A stretch of 32,000 nt of DNA from Promethearchaeota archaeon (GTDB lineage: Archaea > Asgardarchaeota > Lokiarchaeia > Sigyniarchaeales > Promethearchaeaceae): assembly GCA_016933055.1 (NCBI GenBank), contig JAFGBS010000004.1, positions 120,001 to 152,000 on the forward strand, in the 5' to 3' direction. The notes beneath the pieces were generated by a model. The model was not told the DNA's origin. It saw nothing but the letters and a program-made list of their open reading frames with translations, and did no database searches. The first letter of the stretch is position 1. Each line of letters begins with the position of its first letter. Position numbers and translations under genes: made by a program. Below are positions 9,187-17,221 of this stretch, piece after piece.

Positions 9187-9311
9187 GGTGATACACAATT
9201 AGTATTACACTTTCTAAGCTACCCGGTTTCATAAAAATTTCGCTCGATTACCGAAAGGGAAAACCACAGATTAAAATGAAGACGAATATTACTGAAAAAG
9301 GTAGAATCAAA

Positions 9312-10100
9312 ATGGAACATATTCCCAAGAACCATCCACGAGCAGATTCATTGCGAACTCGACAGAGAATAATCGATGGATTACACGAAAACATCGTAAT
9401 AGAAGCAGGATTGATCGCCCATGGAAGAGGAGAAGCATTCGATTATTTAATTGGGGAACGAACCAACGATAACGCCATGCATGCAATAGAGGTGGCAGTT
9501 GCTGCTCTTTTCAGCGCAAAACATGCCGTTATAAGTGTAAACGGTAATGTTGCCGCATTATGCGCTGAAGAAATTGTCCGTCTATCTAAAATAACGGGTG
9601 CATTATTGGAAATCAATTTGTTTTATGGAAAACCGGGAAGAATAGAGGCAATTTCTAAGACATTAAGGGATGCGGGAGCTGATAATATATTGGGAATAAT
9701 CCCTTTTGAGTCCAGTGTAATACATAATCTGAGTAGTAACCGTCGTTTTGTGGATCCAAAAGGAATTAAAATAGCTGATACGGTGTTAGTACCTTTGGAA
9801 GATGGAGATAGAACTGAAGCTTTAAAAGAAGAGGGAAAAAGAGTCATTACCATCGACCTTAATCCACTTAGTCGCACTGCTCAACAAGCAGATATCACTA
9901 TTGTTGATAACATCATTCGTGTCATTCCTAGGATGTGTGAAATTGCCAAGGACTATAAACAACAATTAGATAAAAATAAGTTATTTAGGAAAGAGCTTCA
10001 AGAAAAAGTAATCAAGTGGGACAATGCAGTAAATCTGAGTAATGCTATGATGATCATCTCTACCTATCTAGAATCTAAAGTCTCTTTTAACAAAAATTAA
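9312..10100 (+). CDS. pps: 4-phosphopantoate--beta-alanine ligase (phosphopantothenate synthetase)
   Basis: HIPKNHPR..SL..R, GLIAHGRGEAFDYLIGE, VISVNGN, VPLEDGDRTEAL, IDLNPLSRT. The ORF track starts at 9276. Confidence 0.95.
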   Translation: MEHIPKNHPRADSLRTRQRIIDGLHENIVIEAGLIAHGRGEAFDYLIGERTNDNAMHAIEVAVAALFSAKHAVISVNGNVAALCAEEIVRLSKITGALLEINLFYGKPGRIEAISKTLRDAGADNILGIIPFESSVIHNLSSNRRFVDPKGIKIADTVLVPLEDGDRTEALKEEGKRVITIDLNPLSRTAQQADITIVDNIIRVIPRMCEIAKDYKQQLDKNKLFRKELQEKVIKWDNAVNLSNAMMIISTYLESKVSFNKN

Positions 10101-10169
10101 AAGCATTCCCACAATTACAACAATCATCACGGCATACGTGAGCTTCAAACGTAACGAACTGATGACTCT

Positions 10170-10709
10170 ATGGATAGCTCCGAAAATTCCTATATTATTC
10201 GTCCATGCACTTATCAAGATCTCTACAATGTGATCGAAATAAATGAGGTAGCGTTACCAGAAAATTATCCCTTTTATTTCTTCGAACAGATTTATGAAAA
10301 ATATCCTGAGTCTTTCTTGGTTGCAGAATTAACTGCAAAACCAAAATTCAGAAAAAAAAATTTACTCATAGGATATATCATGTGGAGAGTAGAACGTGGT
10401 ATTTCTACGTTTGGTGTTCAATTGGTGAAAAAAGGACATCTTGTTTCCATCGCAGTTTTAGAATCCTTTCGTCACCAAGGAGTAGCATCTGCTTTGTTGA
10501 AACAATCGATTATGCGAGTAAAAGCTTACGATGTGGATGAATTTGTATTAGAGGTGCGAGTTTCGAATGAGTCCGCAGTCGCTCTCTATGAGAAAAAATT
10601 TATGTTTGAAAAAGCACGGGTCATTGAACAATACTACCGCGATGGAGAATCTGCTTATTATATGGCTCTTCCGCGCAACAAACTGGATCAACTGACGAAT
10701 GGAGTTTAG
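10170..10709 (+). CDS. N-alpha-acetyltransferase, Ard1/RimI family (GNAT)
   Basis: LPENYP..FF, GHLVSIAVLESFRHQGVASALL, LEVRVSNESAVALY, YYRDGESAYYM. Confidence 0.92.
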   Translation: MDSSENSYIIRPCTYQDLYNVIEINEVALPENYPFYFFEQIYEKYPESFLVAELTAKPKFRKKNLLIGYIMWRVERGISTFGVQLVKKGHLVSIAVLESFRHQGVASALLKQSIMRVKAYDVDEFVLEVRVSNESAVALYEKKFMFEKARVIEQYYRDGESAYYMALPRNKLDQLTNGV

Positions 10710-10797
10710 AATACTTGAAGATAGAGTTTTTGTAAAATTCTATATTCTAGAAAAGAAAAGTTCAATTGGGAAGTAATAAAAAAAATAGTGGAATACC

Positions 10798-11019
10798 ATG
10801 AGTTGGAAATCAAGTCTGAAAAAGCGAATCGATGAACATAAACATTGTCCTGTTTGCGGAATTTCTATACCATTAGATAAAGAATTTTGTTCGATTGAAT
10901 GTAGAGATAAATACCAAGGTTATGATAAAAAGAAAAAACGAGGTAATATCATCCAAATCGTCTTAATTGCAGCAGTAATGGTAATATTTCTTGTGGTTAT
11001 GCCTTTTCTCCAAAGATAA
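10798..11019 (+). CDS. DUF2116-type Zn-ribbon membrane protein
   Basis: HKHCPVCGISIPLDKEFCSIEC followed by a basic run and one C-terminal transmembrane helix. Confidence 0.85.
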   Translation: MSWKSSLKKRIDEHKHCPVCGISIPLDKEFCSIECRDKYQGYDKKKKRGNIIQIVLIAAVMVIFLVVMPFLQR

Positions 11020-11095
11020 AACAACCCGTAGTAAATATCTAATCTCATGATCTTAATTTATTACATTAGGATTGTATGATTATCCTTAGAATCAA

Positions 11096-11220
11096 GCAGG
11101 GATAACCAAGCCAGGTCAACGGTGCCGGACTCAAGTTCCCTCCAAAATAGGTTACCGTTGGGTACTGGATGAGATATCCGGTCTCATAGGAGTACGAGCG
11201 TTCGAATCGCTCTCCCTGCA
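11096..11220 (+). tRNA. tRNA-Leu (anticodon CAA) with a 40-nt intron (11136-11175) at position 37/38
   Basis: Acceptor GCAGGGA/TCCCTGC plus discriminator A; D stem ACC/GGT; anticodon stem CCGGA/TCCGG with CT-CAA-G|A; long variable arm CTC-ATAG-GAG; T arm GAGCG-TTCGAAT-CGCTC; canonical BHB motif. CCA is not encoded. Confidence 0.96.
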
Positions 11221-11248
11221 AAAATCTCGTTATATATGTGACAAATCC

Positions 11249-11620
11249 ATGATAAACTTTCTCGCAGAAGAGGAACTCGAATATAAGAATTACACAATTA
11301 AATGTGGAATTACCGCTTTAGATAAAGGGTATCTTATATTAATCACCGATCAAGCACAATACGGTATTGGAGAGGTAGTTTTAGGAACACCTTCGATGCT
11401 TGAGGGTGGAAAACCTATCAGCTCACCAGCGATGATATTCGGTATTAAGCATAATATCCTTAGTAAAATTATCGCTGAACGTTCTTCAGTAAAATTCAAT
11501 CAACCATGCTTAGTGTTATTACATTTACAACAACCCGGAATACGTTCTGATATCCAAACAAAAACTGTTGTGGACTGCCTTAATAAATGTCTTGACAAAG
11601 TGACACATGCTCAGAAATAA
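11249..11620 (+). CDS. Hypothetical protein, possibly PAC3/PAC4 (proteasome assembly chaperone)-like
   Basis: 123 aa. Strand/helix pattern YLILIT...GIGEVVL...IFG...LSKIIAE...PCLVLL resembles PAC3/PAC4 by eye only. Confidence 0.6.
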   Translation: MINFLAEEELEYKNYTIKCGITALDKGYLILITDQAQYGIGEVVLGTPSMLEGGKPISSPAMIFGIKHNILSKIIAERSSVKFNQPCLVLLHLQQPGIRSDIQTKTVVDCLNKCLDKVTHAQK

Positions 11621-11765
11621 AACAATAGAAAAAATCCCTTTTTGGACGCAACAATTATTACAGTGGCGATATTTTTAGGAATGGAACCCCTCAGTAATAT
11701 TAAAGAAAGAATAACGATCGTTGTAAGAATTTATCCAAAATTAGATTGCAAAGAGGTTCATATTT

Positions 11766-14700
11766 TTGACATACATTAAACGGATTGTGATGACAGGATT
11801 CAAATCCTTTGGGGAGAAAACGGTTTCCATTAAACTAGCACCCGGATTTACATGCATTATTGGGCCTAATGGAGCTGGCAAATCTAATGTTATAGATGCT
11901 TTATGTTTTGCATTAGGTCGAGTAAGTAAGAAAACTATGCGAGCTAAATCCCTCAGTGATCTTATCTTTGCGGGTACAAAATCCCTTAAACCAGCGACAT
12001 CAAGCATTGTAAAGTTATATTTTGATAACTCTAATAAAGAGTTTCCGTATGAAAGTGATGAAATCGAGGTCGCTCGAACTGTAAAAGTTAAAGGAGGCTC
12101 AAAATTCACATTAAACGGTCAAACTACTACCCGAGAACAAATTTTAAACATTCTTGCTCAAGCTAATATTGATCCAGACGGTTCAAATCAGTTTATACTC
12201 CAAGGGAAGATCGTTGAGTTAACCCATATGAATGTAATTGATCGCCGTACTTTTATCGAAACTTTGATCGGATTAGAGAAATACGATAGTATGAAAGAAT
12301 CTACTTTTAAGGAATTAGAGAAAGCAGATAGGGATTTAGGTAAATTTGAAGCCATCTTTAAGGAAGTAACCAATCAGTTAAAGAAATACGAAAAGGAGAA
12401 AAATGATGCCCTACGATGGAAGGAACTGGATGATAAACTAAATCAATTAAATGCGGAATTAATTGCTCTGAAAATCGAAAAATTACGCAATGAAGAAAAG
12501 GAACTTGAAAGTAAAATTGACGAGATCTCGGTCCTAATTAAAGATCTGGAACAAAAACGGGATCGACAAAAAGAAAAAATTGATCAAGAAAATTTGGTGA
12601 TGTCCCAACTAGAAGGACGTCTTAATGAGAAAAATTCAGAACGAGAAATCATTGAAGAGGCATTATCAACGTTAAAATCTGAATTATCATCTAGAGAAAC
12701 GGAAATAAAACTGGCAAAGGATAGTATCACAAAATTAGAAGAACGAAAAGAGAAACTAGTAAATCAACAGGAACCACTAGAACCCAACCAAACCTATGAT
12801 GGTTTAATTACTATCTGTAACAAGGAAATAGAAGATCTTAAAAACCAGATCAAAGAAAAACAAGCTGCTGAAGAAGAAACCTACACAACAATTAAAGAAA
12901 AAGAGTCGGAAATAGCAACCATTGATGATGAAAAAAGTAATTTAAAAGCTGAAATTTCAAGTCTGAAGCAAGAGATCTCCTCTAATAATGCAGAAATTAA
13001 AATCTTGAAAGAGAATATCAAAAAATATAAAGAAACTCTTAAAGAAACAAAAGAAGATCTGAAAAATCTGAAAAAGGGTAAAGAAAGTATTGAGGAAGCT
13101 GTTCAAGAGGTTCAACAGGAATTGGATACTATTGACGAAGGTATTCGTTCCTTAAAGAAACAAATCGAGAATGAACAAGCTAAACAAAAGGAATTAGAAA
13201 CCAGTATTTCGGAACAAGAGGGAAAAGAATCAGGCATTAAACAACAAATTTCTGATTCTCAAGCGAGAATCTCTTCATTGGAAGCCGAAGATCGTCTTTA
13301 TACTGACCGGGTAAACGATTTGGAGAAGAAAATTAAACAACTGAAAGAAGATTATGAGCGAATTTCTGGTGGAAAAAAGGTTGAAGAAGCTTATCGTGCC
13401 TTAAAGGACAAGGAAACCAAAGCGCGAGAAGAAATCACCATTATCAAGAAAAAAATAGAAGATATAACTGAAAAGCAAAAAAAGGAAGAAAATGAGAAAG
13501 AACAAAATGAACTGAAAAGGAGATCATTGGAAAACGAAGTAACCGATTATAAAACCTGGTTATCGGGTGTACAAGCTGAGATCACCTTGAATCAACGGAG
13601 TTTAAAAAATTTTCAACGGGAGAAGTCCACTTCTGAACTCACAATGAATTCTGTAGAAAGTGAAATTAGTAAATTAGAGGATCAATTGAAGATAGCAACT
13701 AAAAACGCAGAATCTTCCAAAAAACGAATTGATAATTTGGAAAGTGAACGTAAAATTCTAACCGAAAATGTGAAAACAGCAGAAGAGGAATATGAAAATT
13801 CAAAAGTAGAGTTAGATAGCATCTTACAAATTCTCACCACACTCACCCAATTTATTGATGGAGCGGTTGGGGAGATTAAATCTGATATTCAAAATGCCAG
13901 TGAAACTTCATTAAATTCCTCCATATCCAATTTTCGAGATTTATTTGATGACATCATGGAAATTATCAAACCCTTGGGAGAATTAGGAGATGACGATACC
14001 TCGAAAATAAAAAATGAAATAAATCCTATGATGGAAACCATCAAGTTGTTTACTGAAAATGTGGATGATTCCTTAAGAGATATGATTAAAGAAGTTCGAG
14101 AAGCTAACGACGTTGCAATCCAGCAATCCACTAAAAACTTCGACCAATTGATTGCAGATTTTATTGACATAATTGAGGATACAAACCTTTCTTTGAAGAA
14201 ACTAACGATGTTCAAAGCTTCTGAATTACATAATCAACTTGAAGAGGTCAATAATGAATTGCATAAGTATACGGCTAAAGCAGCGGAAGAAAATGCAGAA
14301 ATTTCGAAATTTAATACTCTTTGGGAAGCAAAACAAAATGAGTATGAAACTTTAAGAAAATCCTATCAATCTTTATTGAGTGAGACTGAGCAATTTGAAA
14401 ATAAATTGAAAAATCTTGAAAAGGACCAAATTGAAAAAGAAAAATCTCTCCAAAACGCAATCACTAAAATTAAAGAAATTGATACCAAGGAAGCGCAATC
14501 CAAGGAGAATTCAGAATCCTTTTGGAAAATACAAAAAGAATGGAATCAGAAACTGGATGAAAGTATTACTAATCTCAACACAGTACAAAATGATATAAGA
14601 GAATTACGGGATGTCCAACGCTATTTAGATGAAATCGATGATATTGAAGTAGAAATTCAAACTATTCAGAAAAACGTGGAAGGAAAGAAAAATCTCATTA

Positions 14701-16187
14701 GTACTGAAACCCAAACTATAACAACATTACGAGAGGAATTAACAAAACAAGAAAAAACTATTGAGGCATTTAAATCAAAACGAGATGATTTTTGGAAAAA
14801 ACGAGAAGAAATTGATTCTAAAATCGAACAAGAAAATCAAACTCGCAATGAAGTATTAGAACGAATGCGTGGTTTACAAAATGTTAAGCGTCTAATGGAT
14901 GAAATAAAACAATTAGAACAAGAAGAATTAGATGCAAACGCACGCATCGATGAAATTAAAGATAAAAACACAATTATTGAGGATGAAATTACCCAATTAA
15001 ATGAACAAATCCAGAAAAAAGAAGATACTCTCAAACATCTCAGACAAGAAAAAGATACTTTTCAGCAGAATCTAAAAGAGTATAGTAAACTCATAAGTGA
15101 ATTGAACGCACACTCTCAAGAAAAACAGAACCGATTAAATAATTTATCATTAATGAAGTCCCGCGATTTGGAAATCCACCAAATTGAGGAAGAAATCGAT
15201 GAAATTGATATCTCTATTGGAGAAATGGATACAGAAATTCAAGAATTGTATCAAAAAGTAACGGAAAAGGAAGAAGAACGGACCTTAAAAAATGAAGAAA
15301 TTATAAAAATAACAACCGAGCGGGATGAATCCTGGGAAAAGCAAAAACAATTCCGGGATGAACTGGGTGAAATTACCTCACAACTCTCTAAGGAAATGGC
15401 AAATCTCGACACCTCAAAAAACATACAATCTGGGATTACTAACAAAATTGAAGAACTTTTCGAGCAATCCAAGGAATTTGGAAGCATCCCTCCTGTTCCT
15501 CCCAAAGAGACGGTGACTACGATCAGTGAGAAAATTCAAAAAACGAAAAATGACAAAACTGCTTTGGAACCAGTAAACTTGAAAGCCATTGAGTATTATG
15601 ATGAAGTTCGGGAACGATTTGATGAAATTGATATGAGAAGACAAACCTTACAACGTGAAAGGAAGGCAATACTGGATTCAATTGAAAGAATAGAATTAGA
15701 AAAAACACGGACCTTCATGAAAGCCTACCATGAGATCAATCGACATTTTAGCGGTACTTTTCAAAAGTTATCCCCAGGGGGATCCGCAAAAATGATTTTG
15801 GAACGACCTGATAAACCCTTTGAAGGTGGAATTCAGATTGAGGCTCGTCCTCGAGGAAAAAAAATTTCCTCTTTAGACATTCTATCGGGTGGAGAAAAAA
15901 CGCTAGTAGCCTTATCTTTTATTTTTGCGGTTCAAACACAATTTCCTGCACCCTTTTATGTAATGGATGAAATTGATGCCGCATTAGATGGACCTAACGT
16001 GCATCGTGTTTCTACTGTGATAAAAGAATTTGCAGATCAATCCCAATTTTTGGTAATAAGTCATCGTGAAGAAAATATTATGAACGCAGAAATGATTTAT
16101 GGCGTTTCCCAAACAGACGGATTAACGTCGATTTTTAGCGTTGATTTAGAAAAAGAAAAACAACGAATCGGACAAGAAACCGAGTGA
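11766..16187 (+). CDS. smc: SMC ATPase (condensin Smc-like), 1473 aa, atypical: no recognisable hinge
   Basis: GFKSF, Walker A GPNGAGKSN, FILQG Q-loop, EPVNLKAIEYY, signature LSGGEK, Walker B/D-loop YVMDEIDAALD, VISH. TTG start preceded by GAGGT. Followed by scpA and scpB. Confidence 0.95.
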   Translation: MTYIKRIVMTGFKSFGEKTVSIKLAPGFTCIIGPNGAGKSNVIDALCFALGRVSKKTMRAKSLSDLIFAGTKSLKPATSSIVKLYFDNSNKEFPYESDEIEVARTVKVKGGSKFTLNGQTTTREQILNILAQANIDPDGSNQFILQGKIVELTHMNVIDRRTFIETLIGLEKYDSMKESTFKELEKADRDLGKFEAIFKEVTNQLKKYEKEKNDALRWKELDDKLNQLNAELIALKIEKLRNEEKELESKIDEISVLIKDLEQKRDRQKEKIDQENLVMSQLEGRLNEKNSEREIIEEALSTLKSELSSRETEIKLAKDSITKLEERKEKLVNQQEPLEPNQTYDGLITICNKEIEDLKNQIKEKQAAEEETYTTIKEKESEIATIDDEKSNLKAEISSLKQEISSNNAEIKILKENIKKYKETLKETKEDLKNLKKGKESIEEAVQEVQQELDTIDEGIRSLKKQIENEQAKQKELETSISEQEGKESGIKQQISDSQARISSLEAEDRLYTDRVNDLEKKIKQLKEDYERISGGKKVEEAYRALKDKETKAREEITIIKKKIEDITEKQKKEENEKEQNELKRRSLENEVTDYKTWLSGVQAEITLNQRSLKNFQREKSTSELTMNSVESEISKLEDQLKIATKNAESSKKRIDNLESERKILTENVKTAEEEYENSKVELDSILQILTTLTQFIDGAVGEIKSDIQNASETSLNSSISNFRDLFDDIMEIIKPLGELGDDDTSKIKNEINPMMETIKLFTENVDDSLRDMIKEVREANDVAIQQSTKNFDQLIADFIDIIEDTNLSLKKLTMFKASELHNQLEEVNNELHKYTAKAAEENAEISKFNTLWEAKQNEYETLRKSYQSLLSETEQFENKLKNLEKDQIEKEKSLQNAITKIKEIDTKEAQSKENSESFWKIQKEWNQKLDESITNLNTVQNDIRELRDVQRYLDEIDDIEVEIQTIQKNVEGKKNLISTETQTITTLREELTKQEKTIEAFKSKRDDFWKKREEIDSKIEQENQTRNEVLERMRGLQNVKRLMDEIKQLEQEELDANARIDEIKDKNTIIEDEITQLNEQIQKKEDTLKHLRQEKDTFQQNLKEYSKLISELNAHSQEKQNRLNNLSLMKSRDLEIHQIEEEIDEIDISIGEMDTEIQELYQKVTEKEEERTLKNEEIIKITTERDESWEKQKQFRDELGEITSQLSKEMANLDTSKNIQSGITNKIEELFEQSKEFGSIPPVPPKETVTTISEKIQKTKNDKTALEPVNLKAIEYYDEVRERFDEIDMRRQTLQRERKAILDSIERIELEKTRTFMKAYHEINRHFSGTFQKLSPGGSAKMILERPDKPFEGGIQIEARPRGKKISSLDILSGGEKTLVALSFIFAVQTQFPAPFYVMDEIDAALDGPNVHRVSTVIKEFADQSQFLVISHREENIMNAEMIYGVSQTDGLTSIFSVDLEKEKQRIGQETE

Positions 16188-16194
16188 TTTGCCT

Positions 16195-17211
16195 ATGGGT
16201 AAAAAAACAACAACTAGTTCAAATTCAAAAAATTCTGCAGATTCTAATCAGTCTGGGACTAGTAATGACGCAGATTCAAAGAATAAAGAAAATCCTACCG
16301 GGAAAACTAAATCTTCGAAAAAGAACGTAAAAAAACATTCTGAAAATAACTCTGTAGAAATGAATGAAAAATCAGACAAAATAGTAAAAGAAGTAATAGA
16401 AGCTACCAATGATATTATAGAGAAAAAACAAAAAGAAGCAGAAGCAGAGGGGAAAACCGAACTTCCCGAGAAATTTTGGCAACAAGACGAGTGGAGAGTT
16501 TTATTAGATCCCAATCTTGTGAAATCCGATCAGATTACACAATATGATCTCTCGGCATTAATTACAGAATTCACAAATAAAATGTTAACTCAAGATTTAG
16601 TGGATTTCCGAATAAGTGGTATGGCGATCTATTCTACGGCAAAATTACATCATCGGAAAATACGAGATGTAATTGATGAAGAAGAACAGATTCAAATCCG
16701 CGAACTCCGGGATAAAGCGAGGAGAGAGATTCCTAAGGCAATGCCACAACCAATAAGGGAACCTCTTAAAATCGCTACCCGAGATGAATTATTCGATGCC
16801 ATGCGTGCTGCCATTATAGAGACCATGCAAAAACGGGAATTATTACGAAGAAAACGTATTGCACGGGAAAGTAAAAAAGCGGAATTAAAGATAGTTAAAT
16901 CGACTAACAAGTTACCTCTGGAAATTTTAAAACACATAATGGGTAAAGAGCGAACCGTAGAACAAACTTTGGATTATTGGTTTGATAAAATACGTTCACA
17001 AATTAAAAATAACGGAGGTAAACAGACAACTTACGATGAAATGTGTGAAAAAGTTATTGCTGCTGAAATTATAGATTCTTACGGGCAACGTTTGAAAAAT
17101 ATTGAATTGTTTCTGTCTCTGCTTTTTTTAAGTACAGCGGGACGTATAATGATTGACCAAGAAACCGATTTTGATGTAATAACCATTACAATACCACGAC
17201 ATATTTTATAG
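16195..17211 (+). CDS. scpA: Kleisin ScpA with long low-complexity N-terminal extension
   Basis: N-terminal domain YDLSALITEF...DFRISGMAIYSTAKLHHRK; TRDELFDAM; C-terminal winged helix LFLSLLFLSTAGRIMIDQETDFDVI. Directly downstream of smc; alternative TTG start at 16189. Confidence 0.85.
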   Translation: MGKKTTTSSNSKNSADSNQSGTSNDADSKNKENPTGKTKSSKKNVKKHSENNSVEMNEKSDKIVKEVIEATNDIIEKKQKEAEAEGKTELPEKFWQQDEWRVLLDPNLVKSDQITQYDLSALITEFTNKMLTQDLVDFRISGMAIYSTAKLHHRKIRDVIDEEEQIQIRELRDKARREIPKAMPQPIREPLKIATRDELFDAMRAAIIETMQKRELLRRKRIARESKKAELKIVKSTNKLPLEILKHIMGKERTVEQTLDYWFDKIRSQIKNNGGKQTTYDEMCEKVIAAEIIDSYGQRLKNIELFLSLLFLSTAGRIMIDQETDFDVITITIPRHIL

Positions 17212-17221
17212 GGGTATATAT

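Noticed and set aside
6956-10100. CoA-pathway genes pok and pps separated by aRF1; near-abutting convergent stops (7918/7921, 18160/18162)
   Set aside because: Ordinary consequences of a compact archaeal genome.
10124-10165. Imperfect hairpin TCATCA...TACGT-N9-ACGTA...TGATGA with C-box-like words
   Set aside because: There is no properly placed D box (CTGA) and no neighbouring selenoprotein candidate, so a C/D sRNA or SECIS is unsupported.
11621-11779. Frame stays open about 52 codons past the TAA of the 11249 gene; weak long-range dyads upstream of smc
   Set aside because: Compatible with chance; there is no readthrough signal and the stems are short and AT-rich.
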